A stretch of DNA of 25,637 bases from Coriobacteriales bacterium (GCA_051876145.1 JBJEHP010000263.1:1-25637); one strand, 5' to 3'; positions 7,910 through 16,554 are shown, numbered from the stretch's first letter. Notes: a model not told the origin generated them from the sequence alone. A program made the numbers and translations.

Positions 7910-10324
7910 ATGTCTGAGGAAAAATGGGTTTGCACGGCATGTCCTGGATGGGGCGATCACGAGTTCTGCGCGATCAAGACCATCGTTTCCGATGGCAAGA
8001 TCGTCCGCACCGAGGCGGTCGACTACACCGGCGCGGAGGCCGGCGAGGGGCATTGCTGCCAGAAGGGCACCGCATCGTGGCGTCAGGTGTATGCCGACGA
8101 CCGCCTGCTGTACCCGCTCAAGCGCGCCGGCGAGCGCGGCGAGGGCAAGTGGGAGCGCATCAGCTGGGACCAGGCACTCGACGAGATCGGCGCCAAGATG
8201 CTCGAGCTTGGCGAGAAGTACGGCCATGACACCATCGCGTTTTGGAACATCACGACCTCGCTGCCGCCGTCGCAGGGGCTCGACACCCTGCTCGGCAACC
8301 GACTGTGCGGCCTGTGGGGCGGCACCGATCCGCTCAACGCGTACGGCCTGGACAACGGCCCGTACTACGCGTCGTATTTCGACCTGGGCGACTTCTACAA
8401 GTACATGATGATCGACCCCGTCAAGTTCGATGCGACGAGCTACCTCATCATCTGGGGCGGCAACCCGGTGGAAAACCAGCAGCGTGTGGCAAAGCACATC
8501 GTCGAGGCCAAGTCGCGTGGGGCGAAGATCGTTGACGTCGGTCTGCTGTTCGATGCCTCTGCGGGCTACGCCGATTGGTTCATCCCGGTCAAGCCCGGCA
8601 GCGACACGGCGCTTGCGCTGTGCATGGCGCGTCAGATTATCGAGCGCGGTGAATACGACCGCGCGTTCATGCAGCAGTACACGGTTGCTCCGCTGCTCGT
8701 CGACGTCGAGACGGGCAAGTTCGCCACCAACGAGGGCTGGTTCTACTACTGGGACGAGGAGTCCGGTTCCGTCAAGCCGACGGCGAAGGGCGCCGAGGAA
8801 TACGAGGGCACGCCGGCCTTCGAGGGCAGCTACGAGCTTGACGGACGCACCTACAAGCCCGCATTCCAGCTGCTCAAGGAGCATGTTGCGCCCTATACGC
8901 CCGACTATCAGGAGACGATCACGGGTGTTCCCGCGGCAGATGCGGTCAAGCTCGGCGAGGAGTACTCGTCGCACCGCCCGGCGTTCATCGTCGGCGCGCT
9001 CGGCATGCGCTACCAGAACCAGGGCGATGCGTACCGCGCGTTCTATCTGCTCGGCATGCTCACGGGCAACCTGGGCAGCGCCGCCGGCGGCGTCACGAGC
9101 GAAATCCAGCCGTGCGGCTGGCCGCTCGGCTTCAACAACCCGGCGGTCATCTTCCCCAACGGCCGCGAGGCGGACAAGACCGTCTTCGTCAAGAACGGCG
9201 ACTTTTTCGAGGCGGCCAAGGAAGGCAAGTACAAGGGCTTCATCAAGGTGGCTGGCAACCCGGTCCACAATTGCCCCAACCGCAGCCGCTGGATCGAGGA
9301 CACCTTCCCGCAGATGGAGCTCATCGTCGACGTGGACGTGTGGATGACCGATACGGGCGAGTACTCCGACTACGTCCTCCCGGCGTGCATGCCGTTCGAG
9401 CGCGAGGAGCTCATCGCCGCGGCGCAGTACAACCATGTGGTGCTGCAGGAGCCGGCCGTCGAGCCGTGCGGCGAGTGCAAGGATCCGTCGTTCATCTACG
9501 GCGGCCTGGCCGAGCGCATCGGGCTGGGTGAATATTTCCGCAACGAGGCTGGCGAGCCGATGGTGGCGGCCGACTGGATCCGCATGCGCCTGAACTCCCC
9601 GCAGCCGTTCCTGGCAAAGATCGACCCGCCGCTCACCTACGAGCGCCTGAAGGAGGAGAAGATCATCCGTGCGGCCGTGCCGCCTATCCCGTGGGATCCG
9701 TTCTTTGGCATGAAGTTCGCCACGCAGACGGGCCACATGGAGTTCTACTCGGAGCGCCTGAACACCATCGGGCTGCCCATGGCGACGTACCACGAGCCCT
9801 ACGAGGTTCCCACCAACGCGAGCCTCGCGAACGGCACTGCCAAGCACCGCTACCAGTTCTTCAGCGGGCGCCAGCGCTTCTTCATGCAGTCGATGTTCAC
9901 GGATGACCCCGTGATGGCCGAGCTCTCGGGCGGCAAGCCCACCGGGCGCATCAACCCGATTGACGCGGAGGCCGAGGGCATCGTCGACGGCGACAGGTGC
10001 GAGGTCTTCAACGAGCGCGGGCACGTGGTGATCGAGATGCGCCTGGACCAGGCGATTCCGCCGGGAACGGTGCAAGTGTGGTTTGGCTGGCGCAAGCGCC
10101 AGTTCGATGCCAACGAGGGCGAGGGCAGCGGCATGTACTCCGAGCTGCTCGTTCCGCTGGGCGATAACGACACGCTCGACGAGGCAGCGCAGTACTGGTA
10201 CCAGTGCGTGCGCGAGGATGGCGCCGTCGGCTACATCTTGGGCGGCACCTCGTACTCCGCGATGGCGGGTGCGTGGGACACCATCTGGGACTGCGCGTGC
10301 GACATCCGCAAGATCGAAGCTTAG
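7910..10324 (+). CDS. Molybdopterin (bis-MGD) oxidoreductase catalytic subunit, DMSO reductase superfamily, no export signal
   Basis: Family motifs RLLYPLKR...GEGKWERISWDQALDEI, IIWGGNP, WFIPVKPGSDTALAL and TDTGEYSDYVLPA, plus a C-terminal molybdopterin-dinucleotide domain (INPIDAEAEGIVDGD). RBS GGGAG favours the ATG at 7910 over 7850. Confidence 0.92.
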   Translation: MSEEKWVCTACPGWGDHEFCAIKTIVSDGKIVRTEAVDYTGAEAGEGHCCQKGTASWRQVYADDRLLYPLKRAGERGEGKWERISWDQALDEIGAKMLELGEKYGHDTIAFWNITTSLPPSQGLDTLLGNRLCGLWGGTDPLNAYGLDNGPYYASYFDLGDFYKYMMIDPVKFDATSYLIIWGGNPVENQQRVAKHIVEAKSRGAKIVDVGLLFDASAGYADWFIPVKPGSDTALALCMARQIIERGEYDRAFMQQYTVAPLLVDVETGKFATNEGWFYYWDEESGSVKPTAKGAEEYEGTPAFEGSYELDGRTYKPAFQLLKEHVAPYTPDYQETITGVPAADAVKLGEEYSSHRPAFIVGALGMRYQNQGDAYRAFYLLGMLTGNLGSAAGGVTSEIQPCGWPLGFNNPAVIFPNGREADKTVFVKNGDFFEAAKEGKYKGFIKVAGNPVHNCPNRSRWIEDTFPQMELIVDVDVWMTDTGEYSDYVLPACMPFEREELIAAAQYNHVVLQEPAVEPCGECKDPSFIYGGLAERIGLGEYFRNEAGEPMVAADWIRMRLNSPQPFLAKIDPPLTYERLKEEKIIRAAVPPIPWDPFFGMKFATQTGHMEFYSERLNTIGLPMATYHEPYEVPTNASLANGTAKHRYQFFSGRQRFFMQSMFTDDPVMAELSGGKPTGRINPIDAEAEGIVDGDRCEVFNERGHVVIEMRLDQAIPPGTVQVWFGWRKRQFDANEGEGSGMYSELLVPLGDNDTLDEAAQYWYQCVREDGAVGYILGGTSYSAMAGAWDTIWDCACDIRKIEA

Positions 10325-10337
10325 GAGGGAGATGACA

Positions 10338-10796
10338 ATGGCTGACAAGAACACCATCTGGGCGCATTCGCCCGCTCAAGACGAAGTGACCGACGATACG
10401 ATCTTTGTCGACCTGCTGCGTTGCACGGGCTGCTGGACGTGCGCGTTGTCGTGCATGACGGGCAACAAGCTCAAAGACGGGCAGTACTTCGTCAACGTGC
10501 GCACGCTCGGCAGCGGCGAGGGCATCGACCGTCCGGCGGGTGTGTGGCCCGACCTGCACATGTCGTGGATGCCGTACTACACGCATGCGTGCATCAAGTG
10601 CAAGCCCCGCACCGATGCCGGCGAGCTTCCGTACTGCGTGAAGAGCTGCCCCAACAAGGCGCTTGCCTTTGGTCCCGATGCCGTCGAGAAGATCGAGGCG
10701 GCGCGCAAACGCGGTGCGCGCATCTACCGTCTTCCGGCGTGGGAGCATTCGAAGGAAAACGTCATCTACGCGAGTCCCGACCGCGAGATTATCTAG
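10338..10796 (+). CDS. Small iron-sulfur subunit (probably 2x[4Fe-4S]) of the molybdoenzyme
   Basis: CTGCWTCALSC, CIKC and CVKSCP give 8 Cys. RBS AGGAGG overlaps the upstream stop. 152 aa, no TM helix. Confidence 0.88.
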   Translation: MADKNTIWAHSPAQDEVTDDTIFVDLLRCTGCWTCALSCMTGNKLKDGQYFVNVRTLGSGEGIDRPAGVWPDLHMSWMPYYTHACIKCKPRTDAGELPYCVKSCPNKALAFGPDAVEKIEAARKRGARIYRLPAWEHSKENVIYASPDREII

Positions 10797-10835
10797 GCGG
10801 ATTGTGGTTTAGACGTTCGAGGGGGGCGGCTTGCG

Positions 10836-11092
10836 GTGACACCGCGGCCGCCTCCTGGTCGTTTTCGCGCCATGCCGGGTGGCCATTGGCGGCGTGGCGT
10901 GCCAAACGCCCATTGGCGGGTCGCGGTGGCGCGGAATCAACCATCACCGGGATGGCGCGCCAAACGCCCATTGGCGGGTCGCGGTGGCGTGGGATCGGCC
11001 ATCACCGGGATGGCATGCCAAACGCCCATTGGCGGGTCGCGGTGGCGTGGGATCGGCCATCACCGGGATGGCATGCCAAACGGCCACTGGCG
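10836..11092 (+). repeat. Intergenic modular repeat, cluster 3 (leader plus about 3.3 tandem 58-bp units)
   Basis: Units start at 10901, 10959, 11017 and 11075. Consensus GCCAAACGCCCATTGGCGGGTCGCGGTGGCGTGGGATCGGCCATCACCGGGATGGCAT. Lies between convergent genes. Confidence 0.92.
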
Positions 11093-11131
11093 CCCCCCCG
11101 TGGCGGCCTGGACCCGTCGTTGGCGGCGTCC

Positions 11132-11371
11132 TTAGCGGCTCAATGCCTGCAATACCCGGGCGAGACGGAGTTCGTACTCGAGGTCATGGAGGTTGACTTC
11201 CTCGCCATCGATGAACAAGCGCGACGGACGGGGGCCGGAGATTCCGCCGCCGCCCGGCTCGATGCTCTTGGTTACATCGGCGCCGATGCCCGCGTACTGC
11301 GCCGCGGCAATGACGCGCTCGAAGAGCCAGTCAGCGTCTCCGTTCTGGTAGCCCTTGATCTCGATTTTCAT
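11132..11371 (-). CDS. Small thioredoxin-like protein (MTH895 / redox-active disulfide protein 2-like) lacking CxxC
   Basis: The pattern MKIEIKG...L.E.V..A...AGI.A.V.K...LFIDGEEV matches the family by eye. It has an RBS and lies downstream of an ArsR gene, the usual context. No Cys residues. Confidence 0.6.
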   Translation of the reverse strand: MKIEIKGYQNGDADWLFERVIAAAQYAGIGADVTKSIEPGGGGISGPRPSRLFIDGEEVNLHDLEYELRLARVLQALSR

Positions 11372-11388
11372 GGCTTCCGCCCTTTCCC

Positions 11389-11404
11389 ATCAAAAAATTT
11401 TGAT
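11389..11404. promoter_or_regulatory. ArsR-type operator ATCAA-N6-TTGAT
   Basis: Perfect ATCAA-AAAATT-TTGAT just upstream of the thioredoxin-like gene. Confidence 0.65.
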
Positions 11405-11445
11405 ATATCGAATACAGCGAACCTGCGGTGATGACACCTGCGCGC

Positions 11446-11757
11446 CTAGTCGCACGCGGGGTTGTGCGTTGCCACGCCCTCGACTTTCGTGAGCTCCGCG
11501 AGCCGTGCGATGGCGTGCGCCGCGCCGTCGGGGTTGATGGAGTAATACGTCCACTTGCCCTCTTGACGTGCGTTGACGATGCCCGACTCGACCAGGATCT
11601 TCATGTGGTGCGAGAGGTTGGACTGGCTGATCTGAATGTGCTCGAGCAGGTCGCACGCGCACTTCTCGCCCGTGCGCAGGCGCTCGAGCGCCTGGAGGCG
11701 ATACTCGTTGCAGAACGCCTTGAACACCGTGGCGTCCACTTGAATTTGCTCGTCCAC
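11446..11757 (-). CDS. arsR: ArsR/SmtB-family metalloid-sensing repressor
   Basis: FKAFCNEYRLQAL, EKCACDL (alpha3 Cys motif), SQSNLSHHMKIL and RQEGKWTYYSI. GTG at 11757 has a G-rich RBS; ATG at 11769 is an alternative start. Confidence 0.88.
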   Translation of the reverse strand: MDEQIQVDATVFKAFCNEYRLQALERLRTGEKCACDLLEHIQISQSNLSHHMKILVESGIVNARQEGKWTYYSINPDGAAHAIARLAELTKVEGVATHNPACD

Positions 11758-11773
11758 GTGGCCCCCCATTCAA

Positions 11774-11789
11774 ATCGAATTGTTTTGAT
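11774..11789. promoter_or_regulatory. ArsR-type operator, copy 2 (ATCGA-N6-TTGAT)
   Basis: One mismatch from the 11389 box; directly upstream of arsR. Confidence 0.6.
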
Positions 11790-11829
11790 ACGTTGATGAT
11801 ACTGGCAGCCTCGGCCGAGTCAAGGTCAT

Positions 11830-11845
11830 ATCAAAATATTTTTAT
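11830..11845. promoter_or_regulatory. ArsR-type operator, copy 3 (ATCAA-N6-TTTAT)
   Basis: One mismatch from the 11389 box, with an AT-rich spacer AATATT. Confidence 0.5.
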
Positions 11846-11924
11846 GCGAACGCCTCTCCTCGAAGCGTTTTCCCGCAAGGGGATTGCTTTCGGGGTGTCC
11901 ACGCCCAAGACACGCAGGCAAGCG

Positions 11925-11980
11925 AAAAGCCGCACGCCACGGCGCTGGGGACATGCCCCTCGCGCGTGACGTGCGGCTTT
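11925..11980 (-). terminator. Long hairpin downstream of fdhF, probable terminator
   Basis: AAAGCCGCACG (11926-11936) pairs with CGTGCGGCTTT (11970-11980) around an inner GGGG/CCCC stem. The minus strand ends in a short T run. Confidence 0.55.
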
Positions 11981-12005
11981 GACAACCGTGCGGTGCGTGG
12001 GACCG

Positions 12006-14717
12006 CTAGAGCTTTGCCACCTGGATGGCGCAGACCTTGTATTCCGGCGCGTGGCTGATCTCGTCGAGCGCCGGGTTGGTGAGCCAGTTGCTGTTGCCGT
12101 CCTGGAAGTGGAACGGCATCCAGGTCTCGCCGGCGCAGGTCTTGCCGGACACGCGCGCGGTCGACTCGATCTGCCCGCGGCGCGACCAGACCCTGACGCG
12201 GTCGCCGTCGGCGATGCCGCGCTGCTGCGCGTCTTGGGTGTTGATCTCGATGAAGGACGTGCCCTGGATCTCGTTCAGGCCCTCGGTGCGCGCCGTCATC
12301 GCGCAGGCGTTGTACTGGTTGATGATGCGGCCGGTGGTGAGCACGAGCGGGTACTCGGCGTCGGGCAGCTCCGCAGACGGGCGGTACTCGGCAGCGGAGA
12401 ACAGGCCCTTGCCGCGCGCGAACTCGCCCACGTGCATGATGGGCGTGCCCGGATGGTCGGGACCGGTGCACGGCCACTGCAGACCGTTGCCACGGACCTC
12501 CTTGCTGTCGAGGCGCGCGTGGCTGATACCCGCGAACGACGGGGTGACCGAGGCGATCTCGTCCATGATCTGGGCGCTTGTAAGCTCGGGCTGCGCGTAC
12601 CCCATGCGGTTCATGATCTGCGTGAAGATCCACGTGTCGAGCTTCTCGTCACCTGCCACCTCGATGGCCTTGCGCACGCGCTGCACGCGGCGCTCGGTGT
12701 TGGTGAACGTGCCCTCCTTCTCCGCAAAGCTGCGGCCGGGCAGCACGACGTCGGCGTACTTGGTGGTCTCGGTCAGGAACAGGTCGTCGATGACCAGGAA
12801 CTCGAGGTTTTCGAGCGCGCGGATGATGTGGTGCGTGTCGGCATCGGTGCGCACCGGGTCCTCGCCAAAGATGAACATGCCCTTGATCTTGCCCTCGATG
12901 GCCGCGGGGAAGCACTCTGTCGCGGTGATGCCGGGTTCCTTGGGCAGGGTGACGCCCCAGGCCTTCTCGAACTTCTCCATGACCTCGGGGCGCACGAGCT
13001 TCTGATAGCCGGGGAAGTCGACGGGCTGCGCGCCCATGTCGCAGGCGCCCTGCACGTTGTTCTGCCCGCGGATGGGGTTGACGCCGCAGCCCTTGCGGCC
13101 GAGCTTGCCCGTGAGCATGGCGAGGTTCGAAAGCCCCATGACGCCTTCGGTGCCGGTCGAGTGCTCGGTCACGCCCAGGCAGTAGATGATCGGGGCGGTC
13201 TTGGCACGCGCGTACATCTCGGCGGCGGCCACGAGGTCGTCGGCGTCGATGTGGCATATCTCCGCCACGCGCTCGGGTGTGTAGTCCTTCACGAGCTCGG
13301 CGAGCTTCTCGTAGCCTTCGGTGCGCTGCTCGATGAACTGCTGGTCGGCGAGCCCCCTCTCGATGATGACGTGCGCCATGCCGTTGGCAAAGGCGACGTT
13401 GGTGCCGGGGCGCAGCTTGAGGTGTATGTCGGCTTTGGAGGAAAGCCAGATGTCGCGCGGGTCGACCACGATGAGGCGCGCGTCGCGCTCGACTGCCTGG
13501 CGGACCTGCATGCCGATGACCGGGTGCGCCTCTTCGATGTTGGAACCGACGAGCATGATGGTCTCGGCGTCGCGCGTGATGTCGGCAATCGTGTTGGTCA
13601 TGGCGCCGGAGCCGAGCGTGATAGCGAGTCCGGACACGGTGGAGGAGTGACAGACGCGGGCGCAGTTGTCGACGTTGTTGGTGCCAAACGCCACGCGCGC
13701 CATCTTCTGGAGCATGTAGACGTCCTCGTTCGTGGAACGCGAGCAGGCAAACGCCGCGAGTGCGCTGCCGCCGTAGGTGGCCTTGAGCTCGGAGAACTTG
13801 GAGGCGACCAGGTCGAGTGCCTCGTCCCAGCTCGCGGGCTCGAGCTCGCCGGTCTGTTTGCTGCGGATCATCGGGGTGCGCAGGCGGTCGGGCGCATCGA
13901 TGAAGTCGAAGCTGCCACTACGCCCCTTGACGCAGGTCAAGCCGTTGTTGGAGGGGCCCTTGGCGCCCTCGACGTCGACGATCTGGTTGTCCTTCACGAT
14001 GAGGTCGAGCTGGCAGCCCGTGCCGCAGTGCGGGCAGGTGGTGCGCACGCGGTGCGTCTCCCAGGCGCGGTAGTGCCGGCGGCGCTTGACGGTGAGGGCG
14101 CCGGTCGGGCACGCCTGCGCGCAGTTGCCGCACGACTCGCACATCGTCGTCTTCCAGTCCTCGCCGAACGGCGCCAGGATGGTCGTGCGCATGCCGCGGT
14201 TGCCGGCGCGCAGCGTGTGGTTGCACGCGAGCTTGTTGCACGCGCCGATGCAGCGCTGGCAGCGGATGCACAGGTTGGCGTTGTAGGAGAGGAACGGGTT
14301 GCTGTCGAGGATGGGCTCGTTTTTCTCCGCGCGTGGGTAGGGCGTCTCTGTCACGCCGTAGTCGCGGCACAGGTCCTGCAGCTGGCAGGCGCCGTTTTTG
14401 GCGCACGAGAAGCAGAAGTCCGTCGTGGACAGGCCGTGGTCGGCGATGAGCAGCTGCAAGATGCCCTTGCGCTGCGCGATGACGCGCGGGGAGTCGGTGA
14501 GGATGCGCATGCCGTCTTGGACCTGGGTGTTGCAGGCAGTGACGAGGGCGTCTTGCCCCTCGAGCTCGACCGAGCAGATGCGGCACGAGCCGATGGCGTT
14601 TGCCCCGCGCAGGAAGCACAGCGTGGGGATCTTGAAGCCGGCCTTGCCGGCAGCGGCGAGGATCGTCATCCCCTCGCGCGCGGTGACAGCCTGGCCGTTG
14701 ATGGTGAGGTTAAGCAT
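12006..14717 (-). CDS. fdhF: Formate dehydrogenase alpha subunit (Cys-ligand type) with N-terminal [2Fe-2S]/[4Fe-4S] module
   Basis: IPTLC...GSCRIC...TAC ([2Fe-2S]), H..FCFSC...C, CIRCQRC and CESCGNC clusters, and TTCPHCGTGC...CVKG. Active-site NCARVCHS and IRGQNNVQGACDMG. 903 aa. Confidence 0.93.
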   Translation of the reverse strand: MLNLTINGQAVTAREGMTILAAAGKAGFKIPTLCFLRGANAIGSCRICSVELEGQDALVTACNTQVQDGMRILTDSPRVIAQRKGILQLLIADHGLSTTDFCFSCAKNGACQLQDLCRDYGVTETPYPRAEKNEPILDSNPFLSYNANLCIRCQRCIGACNKLACNHTLRAGNRGMRTTILAPFGEDWKTTMCESCGNCAQACPTGALTVKRRRHYRAWETHRVRTTCPHCGTGCQLDLIVKDNQIVDVEGAKGPSNNGLTCVKGRSGSFDFIDAPDRLRTPMIRSKQTGELEPASWDEALDLVASKFSELKATYGGSALAAFACSRSTNEDVYMLQKMARVAFGTNNVDNCARVCHSSTVSGLAITLGSGAMTNTIADITRDAETIMLVGSNIEEAHPVIGMQVRQAVERDARLIVVDPRDIWLSSKADIHLKLRPGTNVAFANGMAHVIIERGLADQQFIEQRTEGYEKLAELVKDYTPERVAEICHIDADDLVAAAEMYARAKTAPIIYCLGVTEHSTGTEGVMGLSNLAMLTGKLGRKGCGVNPIRGQNNVQGACDMGAQPVDFPGYQKLVRPEVMEKFEKAWGVTLPKEPGITATECFPAAIEGKIKGMFIFGEDPVRTDADTHHIIRALENLEFLVIDDLFLTETTKYADVVLPGRSFAEKEGTFTNTERRVQRVRKAIEVAGDEKLDTWIFTQIMNRMGYAQPELTSAQIMDEIASVTPSFAGISHARLDSKEVRGNGLQWPCTGPDHPGTPIMHVGEFARGKGLFSAAEYRPSAELPDAEYPLVLTTGRIINQYNACAMTARTEGLNEIQGTSFIEINTQDAQQRGIADGDRVRVWSRRGQIESTARVSGKTCAGETWMPFHFQDGNSNWLTNPALDEISHAPEYKVCAIQVAKL

Positions 14718-16554
14718 ACTGGATCCTCCCTCCTTCGAGATTGCCGCAGCCGTAATGGTCGCAGCGCAGGCAGCGGCCGCACTCCTGCTCGATCTCCTCG
14801 AGGCTCATCTCGTTTTCGGTGCACAGAAAATCGTGCTTGCGCTCGCGCGCCGGGCGCTCCGTGATGTTGGCGCGGCCAGTGGGGACGCGGTTGTTGAGCT
14901 TGGCTGCGGGTGCGGTCGCGCCGCAGTCGAGCTTGTGGTGGTAGCCGAGGTACTCGTCGATGTTGCGCGCGGCCACCTTGCCGGCGCCGATGGCGCGGAT
15001 GACGGTTGCGGGGCCGGTCTGGCACTCTCCGCCGACGAACAGCCCCTTGCCCTCGTAGCCGGCACCCTCGAGGAAGTCGTTGGAGACGAGGCGGTCGCGG
15101 TCGGTCTCGAGGCCGAACTTGGCGAACTCGGCGCTTTCGATGCTCTGGCCGATCGCCATGAGGATGATGTCGACGTCGAGGCGCACTTGGGGTTTGGAGG
15201 CATCGACGGGGGTGGGGCGGCCGCCGCGGATGGGGCCCGCCATCTGCGGCTGGACCAGCAGCGCGCAGCAGTTGCCGTCCTCGTCGACCTCGATGCCGGC
15301 GGGCGACTGGAGCGTGAGCAGTTCGACGCCCTCGGCGACGGCGGCCTCGATTTCGCTCGGCAGTGCCGTCATGTCGTCACGACGCCTGCGGTAGACGATG
15401 CTCACCTCTTCGGCGCCGGCTCGCACGGCGGTGCGCGCGCAGTCCATGGCGACGTTGCCGCCGCCGACCACGGCGACCTTCTTGCCGGAAAAGTCGGGCG
15501 TCTCGCCGTCGCCGATGCCGCGGAGCAGCTGCACGGCGGACATGACGTTGCCCGCCTGCGCGTTGTCCATCTTCAAGATCTTGCCGCCGTGGGCGCCGAT
15601 GGAGAGGTAGACCGCGTCGTAGCTGTCGACGATCTGCTGCATCATCTCGGCGTCGACCTGCGTCTCGAGCTTGACGTCGATGCCGCCGACGGAGAGCACC
15701 GCGCGGATGTCCTCGTCGAGGCGCTCGCGCGGGAAGCGGTAGGCGGGGATGCCGTAGCGCATCATGCCGCCGAGCTGCTTGCGCGACTCGAACACCGTGA
15801 CGTCGTGGCCCATGAGCGCAGAGAAGTACGCGCAGGTCAGACCCGAGGGGCCGCCGCCGATGACGGCGATCTTGCGGTTGGTGCGCGGCGCGCGCTCGGG
15901 CACGTCCACCTTGTCGGCCGCGATCTGGTCGACGGCGAAGCGCTTGATGCCGCGGATGTTGACGGGCGCGTCGACGATTTGACGGCGGCAGCGGATTTCG
16001 CAGGGGTTCTCGCAGATGAACGCGCAGGAGGTGGGGAAGGGGTTGTCCTTGCGGATCATCTTGATGGCGCCGGCGTAGTCGCCTTCGCCCACGAGCGCGA
16101 TATAGGCGGGGATGTTGACGTGCGCGGGGCACATGGCCTCGCACGGGAGGTTCATCTCGATTTCCGGCTTGCAGGAGTGCTCGACGAGGTGGCTCTCGTA
16201 TTCGTCGGCAAAGACGTCGAGGCTCTCGAGCACGGCCGTGGCCGCTTCCCAGCCGATGGCGCAATCGGAGGTGTCGCGGATCATGGTCGCGAGATTTTTC
16301 ACGTCGTCGAGCAGAGAGGCGTCTGCCTCGCAGTCGCGGATCTTGCAGAGCATCCTGTTGAGCTGCGGCAGGCCGTCGCGGCAGGGGATGCACTTGCCGC
16401 AGGTCTGCGCTGCGCTCGCCTCGGTCAAGGTGACCTGGAACGCAATCGGGCACATGCCGGTTGGCGTCGCGCTGATGCGGCGGTCGAATTTCTCCATGAA
16501 CGTGGCGATGCGTGCATCCACGCCAGCGTTTGGAGTGATTCTCACTTTGCTCAC
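14710..16554 (-). CDS. FAD/NAD(P)-dependent FDH partner: NuoF-like C-terminal [4Fe-4S] domain fused to a GltD/NfnA-like oxidoreductase
   Basis: QTCGKCIPCRDG...CAIG (NuoF N3-type cluster). PCEAMCP...NPFPTSCAFICENPCE, GGGPSG and GGGNVAMDCAR...VYRR. GTG start; overlaps the fdhF start by 8 nt. Confidence 0.88.
   Translation of the reverse strand: MSKVRITPNAGVDARIATFMEKFDRRISATPTGMCPIAFQVTLTEASAAQTCGKCIPCRDGLPQLNRMLCKIRDCEADASLLDDVKNLATMIRDTSDCAIGWEAATAVLESLDVFADEYESHLVEHSCKPEIEMNLPCEAMCPAHVNIPAYIALVGEGDYAGAIKMIRKDNPFPTSCAFICENPCEIRCRRQIVDAPVNIRGIKRFAVDQIAADKVDVPERAPRTNRKIAVIGGGPSGLTCAYFSALMGHDVTVFESRKQLGGMMRYGIPAYRFPRERLDEDIRAVLSVGGIDVKLETQVDAEMMQQIVDSYDAVYLSIGAHGGKILKMDNAQAGNVMSAVQLLRGIGDGETPDFSGKKVAVVGGGNVAMDCARTAVRAGAEEVSIVYRRRRDDMTALPSEIEAAVAEGVELLTLQSPAGIEVDEDGNCCALLVQPQMAGPIRGGRPTPVDASKPQVRLDVDIILMAIGQSIESAEFAKFGLETDRDRLVSNDFLEGAGYEGKGLFVGGECQTGPATVIRAIGAGKVAARNIDEYLGYHHKLDCGATAPAAKLNNRVPTGRANITERPARERKHDFLCTENEMSLEEIEQECGRCLRCDHYGCGNLEGGRIQYA

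Noticed and set aside
7763-10357. 864-aa minus-strand ORF
   Set aside because: Antisense shadow of the molybdoenzyme; low-information V/L/R/D/A composition.
10901-11092. CRISPR array interpretation of the 58-bp repeats
   Set aside because: Units are contiguous with no unique spacers, and there are no cas genes.
10836-11196. Short ORFs with repeated peptides (MACQTPIGGSRWRGI...)
   Set aside because: They are translations of the DNA repeat, open in several frames, with no RBS.
11861-11892. GCAA-tetraloop hairpin as a possible ncRNA or riboswitch
   Set aside because: A single small hairpin with no recognisable riboswitch core.
13640-13670. Selenocysteine in FdhF
   Set aside because: The ligand codon is TGT (Cys) in NCARVCH and there is no in-frame TGA.
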